Shown: piece by piece, positions 38,336-51,158 of the stretch | Numbering within the stretch: position 1 is the stretch's first letter | How the letters are laid out: every line of letters begins with the position of its first letter | NCBI RefSeq assembly: GCF_001447785.1 | Contig: NW_015160330.1 | Location: 1-64,000 of the forward strand | DNA: 64,000 bases | Direction of reading: 5' to 3' | Source of the DNA: Gekko japonicus | Lineage: Eukaryota | The notes under the pieces: model-generated | Seen by the model: only the letters and a program-made list of their open reading frames with translations | Database searches by the model: none | Told to the model about the DNA's origin: nothing | Made by a program: the position numbers and the translations under genes

Positions 38336-39319
38336 ATGCTAAACCCCAATGCGACAGGAGGCCGGCCTTTCGCCTTCTTCCTCACCGGGTTCTCAGGGCT
38401 CGGAGCTGGCCGTCAGCTCTGGCTCTCCGTCCCAATCTGCTTTATGTATCTCGTCGCTCTTTCCGGCAACTGCCTGATCCTCGCGGTGGTCCAGCTGCAC
38501 CCCAGCCTCCACGAGCCCATGTACCTATTCCTCTCCATGCTGTCTCTCACTGACCTGGGCCTGTCCCTTTCCACCTTGCCAACGGTCCTTCAGATCTACG
38601 CCTTCGGCTCCAGGGAAATCTCCGCCGACGCCTGCCTGGCCCAGCTGTTCTTCATCCACACCTTCTCCGTCATGGAGAGCTCCGTGCTGCTGGCCATGGC
38701 CTTCGACCGCTTTGTCGCGATACGCCACCCTCTGCGGTACGTCTCGGCGCTGACCCGAGGCAGGATCGGGGGTATCGGGCTGGCCATTGCCCTGAGAGGG
38801 GTGGGGCTTCACATCCCGGCCCCCGTCCTGTTGAAGAGGCTGCCCTATTGCCGGAGCCACCAGCTCGCCCACTCCTACTGTCTCCATCCGGACGTGATGA
38901 GGCTGGCCTGTGCAGACACGGCCCCCAACAGCGCCTACGGCCTCTTTGTCCTCCTCTCCACGCTGGGCCTGGACTCCTTGCTCATCCTCCTCTCTTACGT
39001 CCTGATCCTCAGGACCGTGCTGAGCATCGCTTCTCGGGCGGAGCGCTCGAAAGCCCTGAGCACCTGCGTCTCCCACGTCTGCGCCGTCCTGCTCTTCTAC
39101 ACGCCGCTCATCAGCTTGTCCATGATCCACCGCTTCTGGAAGGCGGCCCCCCACCACACCCGCATCCTCCTCTCCTACCTCCACTTCCTGGTCCCGCCCG
39201 TGCTGAACCCCGTGGTCTACAGCATAAAAACCCGGCAGGTTCGAAAGCAGATCGTCAGGCTGTTCCGGCAAAAGAATCTGACCAGGCGCAGGAAGGATCC
39301 TGCCTTTTTGGACCCCTAG
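38336..39319 (+). CDS. Class I olfactory receptor, OR51-like, 327 aa
   Basis: LHEPMY, MAFDRFVAIRHPLRY, HSYCLHPDVMRLAC, KALSTCVSH, PPVLNPVVYSIKT. Confidence 0.96.
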   Translation: MLNPNATGGRPFAFFLTGFSGLGAGRQLWLSVPICFMYLVALSGNCLILAVVQLHPSLHEPMYLFLSMLSLTDLGLSLSTLPTVLQIYAFGSREISADACLAQLFFIHTFSVMESSVLLAMAFDRFVAIRHPLRYVSALTRGRIGGIGLAIALRGVGLHIPAPVLLKRLPYCRSHQLAHSYCLHPDVMRLACADTAPNSAYGLFVLLSTLGLDSLLILLSYVLILRTVLSIASRAERSKALSTCVSHVCAVLLFYTPLISLSMIHRFWKAAPHHTRILLSYLHFLVPPVLNPVVYSIKTRQVRKQIVRLFRQKNLTRRRKDPAFLDP

Positions 39320-39322
39320 AGA

Positions 39323-39677
39323 GGAGCTGTGGTGGCTCACGTGGTTAAGACGCTGAACTGCAGGCTGTCGAAGGTCGGTAGTTCAGCGGTTTGAGACCCG
39401 AGTGTGCCGCATGACGGAGTGAGCTCCCATCTCCAGTTCCAGCTCCTGCCAACCTAGCAGTTCGAAAGCAAGAAATTGCAAATAGATAAATAGGTACCAC
39501 TTCGGTGGGAAGGGAACAGCGTTCCGTGCGCCTAGGTGTTTAGTCATGCCAGCCACATGGCCATGGAAACATCTTCGGACAGTGCTGGCTCTTCGGCTTT
39601 GAAACGGAGTTGAGCACCGCAACCCAAGAGTCGGATTCGACTAGCTTTCGAGCAAGGGAACCTTTACCTTTACCTTT
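39323..39677 (+). mobile_element. Sauria SINE
   Basis: Head, (ACCTTT)3 tail, TSD TAGAGA. Confidence 0.88.
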
Positions 39678-39699
39678 TAGAGAAAAGTAGCACAATGGA

Positions 39700-40145
39700 A
39701 CAGTTTGCAATGTGCTTTAAGCACTTCATTTTTCAGCATCACCCATCCTTCCTGTGCAGATTTCCCCCTCAGCATTTCCAGCCATGGGATCCTACCTAAT
39801 ATTTCTCTGAGTTTTTTTAAATCAGCTTTCCTGAAGTCCAGGATACAAGCCCTACTATGTCCTGGTTACACATCCTTCTCTATGTCAAATTCCAAGGTGA
39901 CATGGTCACTATTCCCCAAGGATCCCACAACATTCACTTCATCAACCATTTCTTCCCTGTTAGTCAGGATTAAATCTAGGATAGCAGATCCTCTGGTTCC
40001 CACCTCGAACCTTCTGAGAGATGAAGTTGTCCGCAAGACTATTCAAGAATCTGCGGGATGCCCTATGTCTAGCAGAGTTAGATTTCCAGCAAATATCTGG
40101 ATAGTTGAAACCTCCCATAACCACTACATCCTGTCTCTGTTTCCT
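39700..40145 (-). mobile_element. CR1 ORF2 endonuclease-domain fragment
   Basis: [19 protein letters not shown]. Confidence 0.8.
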
Positions 40146-41208
40146 TGTGTGCTGAGTCCCTGAGCGCACTCAGATCTCTAAACTGGGAAGGCAGCCATTG
40201 ACCATGTCCTCACCTCAAGAGCTGGAGCAAGCTTCAAGGTAGTGGTGACTCTATAGAGATCTATAGCATCCTAAGCAAAAGGAACCTGTCCTATTAACAT
40301 GTGATAGGGCATGTATGGGGGGGGGGGGGCAACAGTGGGAGGGCTTCTGGTGTCCTGGCCCCACTGCTGGACCCCCTGAGAGCACCTGGTATTTTTGGCT
40401 ACGGTGTGACAAGATGGGCCATTGGCCTGATCCAACATTGGCTTCTCTTATGTTCTTATACAGAAAGGAACAGAGGAAGTGTGTTTTACCCATTTCTTTT
40501 GGATCCCTTGCTCAGTCTGGTGCTGTGCTAAAAGTATGGTTTTAACCCGTCATGTAGGGAAGACCATGTTCCCGAGTGTTTTTATATGGAAGAGAAACAT
40601 TCTGTATCTGGATACTGCGTGTACCAACGCAGACTGTGAGCCTGCAAGAAGAGGGTGTTTTTACTTTTGTACTGTCTTCAGCTCTGTATAAGTTTGTGAA
40701 TGTTATCACTTTGGCACATCAACTGAATGCATTAAAATACTTAGCATTTACATAGGACTTCAGTGTATTCAAAAGTGCTTCCCCTGTCTTCTCTCAGTAA
40801 TCCTTAAAACAACCCTCATGGGCAAGCCAGTATCCCCACACTGTAACACCTGAAGAAGAAGTGAGCAGTGACTCACAAAAGCTCATTCTCCGCCACAAAG
40901 TCTTTAAGGTACTACTGGACTCTTGCTCTTTTCTACTGCAATACCTTCTAACTGCATACAAATGAAAGAGCACCTACATGCATAAATACTTAAAAAAAAA
41001 CTATTTCTAATTTGCAGAAACTCCTGAAAACACAGAATTCCCTCAAACATTCATTTCAGATAGAATGGGGGTGGGGAGTATGGGTGAAATACATTTTCAT
41101 GGAGTTACAAAAGAAAGTGGTGTGTGGCTGGATTTTTTGGAAGAGGGGGAGGTGTGGACATTTCCCCTCTTAAATCTAGTTTAAATCAATGGAGATTTGC
41201 ACAAGTTA

Positions 41209-41735
41209 ATCATAGAATCATAGAATGTTAGAGTTGGAAGGGACCTTGCGGGTCATCTGGTCCAACCCCGTGCACTCTGCAGGAGCACAGCCGAAAGAGA
41301 GCCCTACAGCATACCTGAAAGATGGCCGTCCAGCCTCCGCTTGCAAACGTCCAGCGAAGGAGCCTCCACCACCTCCCGAGGCAGACTGTTCCACTGCTCA
41401 ACCACTCTGACAGTTAGGAAGTTTCTCCTGATATTTAGCCAGTAACGACTCCCTTGTAATTCCCATCCATTAGATCTAGTCTTGCAATTGGGAGCAAGAG
41501 AGAATAGATATGCGCCATCTTCTACATGACAGCCCTTAAAATACTTGAAGACTGCAATCATGTCCCCTCTAATCTAAGCCTTCTCTTTCCCAGGCTAAAC
41601 ATACCCAACTCTTTCAGCCTTTCCTCGTAAGACTTGGATTCCAGCCCTCTCACCATCCTGGTTGCCCTCTTCTGGACACACTCCTAGCTTTTCAATATCC
41701 TTCCTAAAATGTGTTGCCCAAAACTGGACACAGTA
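41209..41735 (-). mobile_element. CR1 3' fragment
   Basis: [29 protein letters not shown]. Confidence 0.88.
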
Positions 41736-42685
41736 CATAATCAGTATGTCTGATTCTCCACATGGCTATTTCTCCACATGTGGATACTTAAATCCAGAGA
41801 TTGCTGCCATGAACACAGCAGACAGATCTTCCCACAAATCTGGAAAACACCACAAAGACCCTAACCTCCCCCCTCCAAACAGGAGCAGCACCTGTAGGGG
41901 GAAGGTGCCTTCGGAGGCTCTTGCTAGGCAACCACAGCAGCATTGCTCACGGGTTCCAAAAGACTGGGGACCCCAGTCTTAAAATATGTTTTCCACTGAA
42001 ACTGGCGGAGAGGACCACAAGAACAGATCACAAGTTCACAGAACCATTCAGCACCCTGAAGCTCACAGTGTCTGGCTTGGACATTGGGTTTCAATGACAT
42101 GCAGAAAAGTATCCGCCGGATATTGGTCAACACTTGTTCACGGTCAGAGTGGTTCTTCAAAGGTGGAATCAGCTGCCTAGGGAGGTGGTGAGCTCCCCTT
42201 CACTGGCAGCTTTCAAGAAGAGGCTGGACGAATATTTGTCAGAGATGCTTTAGGCTGGTCCTGCATTGGGCAGGGGGGGTTGGACTACATGGTCTTTGTA
42301 GGACCCCTTCCAACTCTAGGATTCTATGACGCTATGATCATTCTCCACCTCTGTTCTGTCCTCACAACAACCCTGTGAGGTAGGTTAAGCTTAGGGCGTG
42401 TGGATGGCCCCCAAGGTCTCCCAGAGAGATTCCCTGGCAGAGTGGGGATTCAAACCCGGGTCTCCCAAATCCTGATTTAGCTCTCTAGCCACTCCACTCC
42501 ACTAATGCTCATTAGAATTAAAAGGCATCTCCCCCACTCCCCCCAGTATCTCCTCCAAAAGCAGTCAGGTGAGTATTGGACCAGGGATCCTGCCAGAAGA
42601 CAAGGGCTGTGTCTACAGTTCAGTGTAACTTCCATGCTTAGACACAGCATGCCACAAACTAGGGACACACAACAGGAAATGGCCA

Positions 42686-42891
42686 CGGTGCTCCCTCTAA
42701 GCTGTGGAGTCTTGTGAGCAAAAATCCTACTTTGTGAGCTACGAGCCTTAAAGCTGTGAGCGAGTGATTGGGCTGCTGCATAGATTAGTTTGCTCTGGAG
42801 CCAGCTTTCCTGAGCCGAGACAAAAATGTGTGCTCCGGAGGCTAAAAGACTGTGAGCTGGCTCACACTCACTCAGCTTAGAGGGAACACTG
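42686..42891. mobile_element. hAT MITE, family A
   Basis: TIR-bounded copy in reverse orientation. Confidence 0.8.
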
Positions 42892-44831
42892 CATCCCTTT
42901 CATGCATGATCAGCCTCTCAGAGATGTTTGGCTGACCACTGTGGGAGATGCGGGAGTTCCCATGCCCGTGTGTGTGTTTCTGTCCCACCATTAACCAAAT
43001 GGGCTTCTAGTTTCCCAGCCCCACGGCTGGACCTCCTGAGGGCCCCTGGTACTTTTGGCCACTGTGTGACACAGAGTGTTGGACTGGATGGGCCATTGGC
43101 CTGATCCAACACTGGCTTCTCTCTTATGTTCTTATGTTCTTAAATATCCCACGTCTGTCTTCCAATATGCGTGTGTGGTCAAGAAAGGAACCCACATCTC
43201 ATTTGCTATCAGGAATACACCAGTTCTCTCATTCCTGAGACCTCTCAGACAGTGTGGTGCCGTGGTTAAGTGCACAGACTCTAATCTGGGAGAGCCGGGT
43301 TTGATTCCCCACTCCTCCACTCGCACCTGCTGGATGACCTTGGGCAATCCATAGTTCTGTAAGAGCTGTCCTTGAAAAAGAGCAGTTTCTGTCAAGAGCT
43401 CTCTCGGCGCCACCTGCCTCACAGGGTGTCTGTCTGTTGTGGGGAGGGGAAGGGAAAGGAATCTGTAAGCCTAATCTGGGAGAACCAGGTCTGATTCCCC
43501 ACTCCTCCACTTGCACCTGGCTGGATGACCTTGGGCAAGCCGTAGTTCTGATAAGAGCTGTCCTTGGAAAAGAGCAGTTTCTGTCAGAACTTTCTCAGCC
43601 CCACCTGCCTCACAGGGTGTCTGTCTGTTGTGGGGAGGGGAAGGGAAAGGAGTCTGTAAGCCGCTCTGAGACACCTTTGGGTAGTGAAGGGCCATGGGGT
43701 AGAAATCCAATCTCTTCTTCTTCTTCTTCTCTCTGCACCCAGGGACCACCATTCTGCCTACCCTGCTAATTGGGGGGGGGGCTGCAACTGTGAGGAACTG
43801 GACCCCTAAGCATGTGCAGTGTGTACACTTTCTCCATCGGCCTTGTATCTCTGGGCTGAGGGGTCATCCCTTACCAGGGAACGGAAGGACCTCCCGGCAG
43901 GCAGCCTTGGGACCAAGTAGGACCCTGGCTGGTAAGGCCAACGGAGCCGGCACTGGCTCAGATAAGCCTCCCCCCCCCCGGAGGGTCTCATAGCTCACGT
44001 GGTGAATCAGGAGTTGTTCCCACCGTTGTGGGTTTCCTGCCTCCCCAGTTGGCTGAGCCTCCCTCGACTGCAGCATCTCTCCGGGGTCCCCAGTCTATAA
44101 ATCCTCCTCCCCGCCAGCTCCATCAGCCCTCCGGCGCTTCCTCCGGAGTGTTGCGTGTGCATCTTCAAGGGACTAAGAAGGACAGGCCACAGACGACACC
44201 GTCTTCGCTGAGCGGCCCAGAATGGAGGGGGACAGAGAACGCTGAGAAGGGAGGTCCTGCCCTGGGCCGGAAGAATATCTCCATCGTTCCAGGTGGGTAG
44301 CCATGCTGGTCTGAAGCAGGAGGACAAAGTCCGAGGGGGAGAGTTCTAGGTTAGAAAACAGCCTTTCTGAATCAGACAAAGAACTCCTTCAGTATCCTGG
44401 CTCCAGAAGCGCCCAGGAAAGAAGAAGAAGAAGAGATTGGATTTATACCCCTTGCCCTTCACTACCAAAGGAGTCTCAGAGCTGCTCACAAACTCCTTTC
44501 CATTCTCCCTCCCCACAACAGACAGACAGACACCCCGTGAGGCAGGTGGGGCTGAGAGAGCTCTTGACAGAAACTGCTCCTTTTGCAAGAAGAGCTCTTA
44601 TCAGAACTACAGCTTGCCCAAGGTCATCCAGCCAGGTGCAAGTGGAGGAGGAGTGTGAATCAAACCCGGTTCTCCCAGATTAGAGTCCGTGCCCTTAACC
44701 ACTACATCAGTGAGCTTTCCCCTCCTCTTGAGCATCCTCCAGCCTAGCCTTGTGTCCTGAAAGATGATCGTGTTCCTGACGCCACAAAATAGTTCCCACT
44801 CCACAGGAGGGGAGAGATCAAGCAAAAGAAA

Positions 44832-46185
44832 GTTGGGTTAGAACGGATAAAAGGAAGTCTTTCTTCACCCAAAGAGTGATTAACACCCGGAATTCACTGC
44901 CACAGGAGGGGGGGGGGCGGCTACAAGCATGGACGGCTTCAAGAGGGAACTGGATAGACATCTGGAGCAGAGGTCCATCTGTGACTATTAGCCACAAGGT
45001 ATAGATAGGGACTCTGGGTCTGGGGCAAGGGATGCTCTGTGTTCTTGGTGCTTGTGGGTGGGGGGCAACAGTGGGAAGGCTTCTAGTGTCCTGGCCCCAC
45101 TGCTGGACCTCCTGACGGCACCTGGTACTTTTGGCCGCTGTGTGACACAGAGTGTTGGACTGGATGGGACATGGGCCCAGTCCAACATGGGCTTCTATTA
45201 TGTTCTTATAGGAACTCTCAGTCTGGGGCAAGGGATGCTCTGTATTCTTGGTGCTTGGGGGGGGGGCAAGANNNNNNNNNNNNNNNNNNNNNNNNNNNNN
45301 NNNNNNNNNNNNNNNNNNNNNNNNNNNNNNNNNNNNNNNNNNNNNNNNNNNNNNNNNNNNNNNNNNNNNNNNNNNNNNNNNNNNNNNNNNNNNNNNNNNN
45401 NNNNNNNNNNNNNNNNNNNNNNNNNNNNNNNNNNNNNNNNNNNNNNNNNNNNNNNNNNNNNNNNNNNNNNNNNNNNNNNNNNNNNNNNNNNNNNNNNNNN
45501 NNNNNNNNNNNNNNNNNCAGGCCAGAAAATGGAAGGCTGGATGCTGAAATGGACTTGCACAGATCTGCTTTGAGATTATACATAATGCAAACTCTCCCAC
45601 CGACCTGAGGCCATCAGGGCTCATGTAGAAATATTCCCCCCCTTTTTAAAATTTGTGTGTATGTGTGTGTGTGGGGGGGTACATGCGTGTGTCCATGTGT
45701 GCTCATGCCTGGAAGTCATGGTGACAGAGCCACAAGGTATAGATAGGGACTCTGGGGCAAGTGATGCACTGTATTCTTGGTTGCTTGGGGTGGGGCAACA
45801 GTGGGAGGGCTTCTGGAGTCCTGGCCCCACTGCTGGACCTCCTGAGGGCACCTGGTGTTTTTGGCCACTGTGTGACACAGAGTGTTGGACTGGATGGGCC
45901 TTTGGCCTGATCCAACATTGGCTTCTCTTAGGTTCTTATATGGAGCAGAGGTCCATCAGTAGGTATTAGCCACAAGGGATAGATAGGAACTCTTGGTCAG
46001 GGGCAAGTGATGCTCTGTCTTCTTGGTGCTTTGGGGGGGCAACAGTGGGAGGGCTGCTAGCGTCCTGGCCCCACTGGTGGACCTCCTGAGGGCACCTGGT
46101 ATTTCTGGCCACTGTGTGACAGACAGAGTGTTGGACTGGATGGGCCCTGGGCCTGATCCAACAAGGGCTTCTCTCTTATGTTCTC
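44832..46185 (+). repeat. Cluster of 3-4 consecutive CR1 3' ends (spans an N gap)
   Basis: Repeated AGCCACAAGG...GGACTGGATGGG...TTATGTTC blocks. Confidence 0.75.
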
Positions 46186-46309
46186 AATTTCCTTCCTGTA
46201 TGGAAGAAGAGCGTTGGCTCAGTTCTCCCCATGCCCAGCGGCACTGGGGACTAAGGGCTCCCATTTGCTTGTACCAGGATGAAGAAGCCAACCCCCCCCC
46301 CAGCACTAC

Positions 46310-48355
46310 CACTACCCCCTGTATATTGGAAGGCCGTACAACCAGGCTCTGACGTCACCACAATGGCGACGAGATTAGTCATAACAGTCCCCTAGTGGTG
46401 ATGTGCGGCTAAGCGGGCAGTTTGAATTCAGTTGCTGCAGTGTTGGAGAGAGATTTCAGTTAGAGGAGACTCGTGTTGGCTGTTGACTCTTCCTCTGTAA
46501 TACTCTGCTAACAACAATTTCTGTCCTTCATTTCTGGATTAAAACTGCCTTTTCACTGTTGTGTTCCTGAATCTTTCATGGAAGAAAGAGGTGGGTCGAT
46601 TCCCCGAAGCTTCCCTTCCCCCCCCTTCCCCCCATCTTTGCAATAGAGAGACGCTGGGGAGGTGGAGGCTGGGGGGGGGGGAAGCAGTTGCTGCTGAAAT
46701 GGGGATGAGAAGGAGTCTATATTTTCCTCTATTTTACTCAAAAGAAGTTCCATAGGAGGATTGAATGTTGTACGAGGTGGAGGCTGGGGGGGGGGAAGAA
46801 GTTGCTGCTGAAAAATNNNNNNNNNNNNNNNNNNNNNNNNNNNNNNNNNNNNNNNNNNNNNNNNNNNNNNNNNNNNNNNNNNNNNNNNNNNNNNNNNNNN
46901 NNNNNNNNNNNNNNNNNNNNNNNNNNNNNNNNNNNNNNNNNNNNNNNNNNNNNNNNNNNNNNNNNNNNNNNNNNNNNNNNNNNNNNNNNNNNNNNNNNNN
47001 NNNNNNNNNNNNNNNNNNNNNNNNNNNNNNNNNNNNNNNNNNNNNNNNNNNNNNNNNNNNNNNNNNNNNNNNNNNNNNNNNNNNNNNNNNNNNNNNNNNN
47101 NNNNNNNNNNNNNNNNNNNNNNNNNNNNNNNNNNNNNNNNNNNNNNNNNNNNNNNNNNNNNNNNNNNNNNNNNNNNNNNNNNNNNNNNNNNNNNNNNNNN
47201 NNNNNNNNNNNNNNNNNNNNNNNNNNNNNNNNNNNNNNNNNNNNNNNNNNNNNNNNNNNNNNNNNNNNNNNNNNNNNNNNNNNNNNNNNNNNNNNNNNNN
47301 NNNNNNNNNNNNNNNNNNNNNNNNNNNNNNNNNNNNNNNNNNNNNNNNNNNNNNNNNNNNNNNNNNNNNNNNNNNNNNNNNNNNNNNNNNNNNNNNNNNN
47401 NNNNNNNNNNNNNNNNNNNNNNNNNNNNNNNNNNNNNNNNNNNNNNNNNTGTGTATTTAAATTACCTGGAGTGCTTTTGCTTTACAGGTATGTGTTCTTC
47501 ACTTTCAAACCAGTGACGTCTTATGGTAGACAGAACTGTTTGATGAAAAGAAGAGGATTAATTTGTTGTTGTACTGTCTTTATATTACATTTGTTGGTTC
47601 CCTTGAACGTTTGTGATGGTACACCAATATCCTGTGTAGCTGTTCTTTTTTGGTAACTGGAGATTATGATTGAAGTTTACTGTATGTGAAGACGTCTTAC
47701 CAAAGTATGAGTTTGTGCATATTACTATCTCATGCTGTGTCGTCAATGTTAAATAAAAAGTAATACTGAAAACCAGAAGTTATTAAACTCTTAGTATTAC
47801 TATTATTTGACAATTTATGCTCACATGCAAAGTGGGGATGACAGCCGTGTGATGAACCACATTCATTGTTCTGTCATCTTTGATGCAAGCAGTGTGCTTT
47901 TAAGTGTCCTTTGAAAATTCTAGTCTATAAGGCTGGCTTTAATACTGAGCAGAAGAAGGGGATGTGCAGAACCCCCCAGTTCCCTTCTGGATTTGTTGTG
48001 GCAAACTGAAGCAAAACCCACTGATCTGCCCACAAAAAATCTGAAATAGAGTGAGAATAGACAATACCATCATACAACAGACATCCACCACTCTCCAATA
48101 TTATATGCTTGTAAATTATATGAAACATACACTCAAATATGCAAGGGAAACTGAACTCAGTAACACTGTAAGCTAGTGTGAAGTGTCTGGAATACTACAG
48201 TGAAAGAATCAAGATAATATCTTGTTGCGTACACGAGAAAATACAATTTAAAACAATTGTGAAAGTAGCTGGCAACTGCAGAGTTCAGGGAATGTTATGA
48301 CTACATGCGGTGACGTCAAAGCCTGGTTGTACGGCCTTCAATATAGGGGGCAGTG
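46310..48355. mobile_element. ~2-kb TIR DNA transposon with 7-bp TSD (P/Galileo-like signature)
   Basis: ~50-bp imperfect TIRs beginning CACT(A/G)CCCCC; TSD GCACTAC at 46303-46309 and 48356-48362. Confidence 0.8.
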
Positions 48356-49624
48356 GCACTACGTGCAAGGAAACCCTCTGCATTCTCCTGCTCTGTGGCA
48401 TTCAGGGCTCTTCCCTCCTTTCAGCTCTCCAGCGGAGTCTTGCAATCACCTTCCCTTCATCTCCCCACAAGGGGCACCCTGTGAGGCAGGGGGGGGGGAC
48501 TGAGAGAGCTCAGAGAGAAACTGTGACTGGCCCGAGGTCACCCAGCAGGCTTCCCGGAGGGGGGGAGGAGGACTGGGGAATCGAACCTAGTTTGCCAGAT
48601 TAGAGGCCGCCAGTCGGAACCACGACACCACGCTGGTTGCTTCCGTGTGGCACCTTTATGGTGCTTAGATAGTCACAGCAGCTAGACGTTAGGTTACATT
48701 TTTAATCTGCTTGTAATGTCTTATTGATGTGTTTTAAAATTATGTAATTCTGTAAAGGTGGACTTCTTCTTTTTTTGTAGTATTACTGGTCTAAGGACGG
48801 TGAGCAATGAACTGAACGGAACTGAAGGCTGGCTGCTTTACAACATGTTGCATTCCATGAACAAGAGGAAGAGCTGGTTTTTTATATCCTTTCAGGAGTC
48901 TCAGAGTGGCTCACAACCTGCTTCCTTTCCCCTCCCCTCCACAGGCACCTTGTGAGGCAGGCGGGGCTGAGAGAGTTCAGAGAGAACGGTGATTGGCCCA
49001 CGCTCACCCAGCAGGCTTCCTGGGGAGGAGGAGGAGGAGTGGGGAATCAAAGTCGGCTCTTCGGATCAGGGCCCGCTGCTCTTAACCATGACACCACGGT
49101 GGCTCTCGGGCCGAGCGGGCGTTGCCGGCGAGAGGAGCCTCAGCAAAGGCCTGTGAAGGAGCCGGAGCAGCCGGTCGGTGGGCTGGCAGATCTTTCAAGC
49201 ACCTCAGTGGGTTTTCCATAAGCGAGGCTTGGTTCCTTGGAGAGAGGACTTAAAAGCCATTTCCATCCAAAGAAGGGGGGAAAACCCCAGCGGCTGCAGT
49301 TTTCCTGGCAGGGCTGCCTTTGAGTTACCCGCGTCCGTAAAACCCGGCAATTGGCCAAGACAGGAGCCTGCCTCCACACCCTGGTCCTTGGTGCCCTTTC
49401 AAGGTCTGTGTAGGTTCTCTGACATTTGATGACCGGCCTCTCCCGAGGTCAACCGCTCCTCCATCCTGCCCGCCTGATCAGCAGTTTTAGAGATCACTCA
49501 AGCTTGAAAATCTGGCCGTGGATTGCCTCGCAGGAGCCCAGAGCAGTTCCTGAAGGTGGCGTTTCCCTCCCTTCCTTTCTGGCATTCCGCAGAGGAACTG
49601 GGAAGGTGCCACGTGTGACTCATC

Positions 49625-50590
49625 ATGACCCCCTTCACCCCCGCCAACGTCAGCAACCCCGCGCTCGGCCTGAGCGGCTTCCCAGGGCTGGAGATGGTTC
49701 ACCACTGGATCGGCATCCCCATCTTTTCCGCCTACCTGGTGGCAGCACTGGGCAACTGCACCATCCTGTACGTCATCTGGACGGAGCCCAGCCTGCACCA
49801 GCCCATGTACTATTTCCTGGCCATGCTGGCCACCACCGACCTGGGACTCTGCCTCACCACCGTGCCCACCGTCATGGGAGTCCTCTGGTTCCAGCTGAGG
49901 AAGATCAGCAAACACGCCTGCATCGCTCAGCTCTTTATTGTTCATTCCTTCTCCTTCATGGAGTCCGCCGTGCTCTTTGCCATGGCGATAGACCGCTTCC
50001 TGGCCATCTGCTTCCCTCTGAGGTACGCTGCTCTCGTGACCCCCACCAGGGTGGCTACGATGGGTCTTGTTCTCCTGTTGAGAAGCACCCTGTTCTTGCT
50101 GCCTCCTGTGCCTTTTATGTTGCGGTTCCCGTATTGCCCAAGGGCTGTCCTTTCTCACTCCTACTGTCTCCATCAGGACCTGATCCGCCTGGCATGCGCC
50201 AACACAGCCTTCAACAGCCTTTACGCTCTCACCCTCATCCTCCTCACCATGGGCTCTGACCTCCTCTTCATCCTCCTCTCATACAGCCTGATCCTGAAGG
50301 CAGTCCTGGGCATGACCTCTGGGGACGAAGGCCACCGCAAGGCCCTGGGCACCTGCGTCTCCCACATCTGTGCTGTCCTGGTCTTCTACGTTCCGGTGCT
50401 CGGGCTCTCTGTTGTGCACCGGTTTGGCCGGCATGCCTCTCCCCTCCTCCACGTCGTCATGGGCAACATCTACATCCTCCTCCCACCCCTGATGAACCCC
50501 GTCATCTACAGCATCAAAACCAAGCAGATCTACACCAGGATCCTCAGAATACCCTTTATCCTGAATCCTTTTGGGAGAAAAAGGTGCTAA
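49625..50590 (+). CDS. Class I olfactory receptor, OR51-like, 321 aa
   Basis: GFPGLE, LHQPMY, MAIDRFLAICFPLRY, HSYCLHQDLIRLAC, KALGTCVSH, PPLMNPVIYSIKT. Confidence 0.96.
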   Translation: MTPFTPANVSNPALGLSGFPGLEMVHHWIGIPIFSAYLVAALGNCTILYVIWTEPSLHQPMYYFLAMLATTDLGLCLTTVPTVMGVLWFQLRKISKHACIAQLFIVHSFSFMESAVLFAMAIDRFLAICFPLRYAALVTPTRVATMGLVLLLRSTLFLLPPVPFMLRFPYCPRAVLSHSYCLHQDLIRLACANTAFNSLYALTLILLTMGSDLLFILLSYSLILKAVLGMTSGDEGHRKALGTCVSHICAVLVFYVPVLGLSVVHRFGRHASPLLHVVMGNIYILLPPLMNPVIYSIKTKQIYTRILRIPFILNPFGRKRC

Positions 50591-50626
50591 AATTGTCACA
50601 AATAAAATTAGTAAAATGAAGTACGG

Positions 50627-51158
50627 GAGTCCTGTGTCCAGTTTTGAGCACCACATCTTAGGAAGGATGTTGACAAGCTCGAGCGTGTCCAGAAGGGGGC
50701 AACCAGGATGGTGAGAGGGTTGGAATCCAAGTCTTACGAGAAAAGGGTGAAAGAGTTGGGTCTGTTTAGCCTGGGAAAGAGAAGGCTTAGAGGGGACGTG
50801 ACTGCAGTCTTCAAGTATTTGAAGGGCTGTCATATGTAGAAAATGGAGCAGATCTATTCTCTCTTGCTCCGGATTGCAAGACTAGGTCTAATGGGTGGAA
50901 ATTACAAGGGAGTCGTTACTGGCTAAATATCAAGAGAAACTTCCTAACTGTAAGAGTGGTTGAGCAGTGGAACAGACAGCCTCGGGAGGTGGTGGATGCT
51001 CCTTCGCTGGATGTTTTCAAGCAGAGGCTGGACAACCATCTTTCGGGTATGTTGTAGGTATGTAGGGCTATCTTTCAGCTATGCTCCTGCAGAGTGCAGG
51101 GGGTTGGACTAGATGACCTGCAAGGTCCCATCCAACTCTAACATTCTATGATCCTATG
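50627..51158 (+). mobile_element. CR1 3' fragment
   Basis: Same family as 36764-37340; ATTCTATG tail. Confidence 0.85.
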
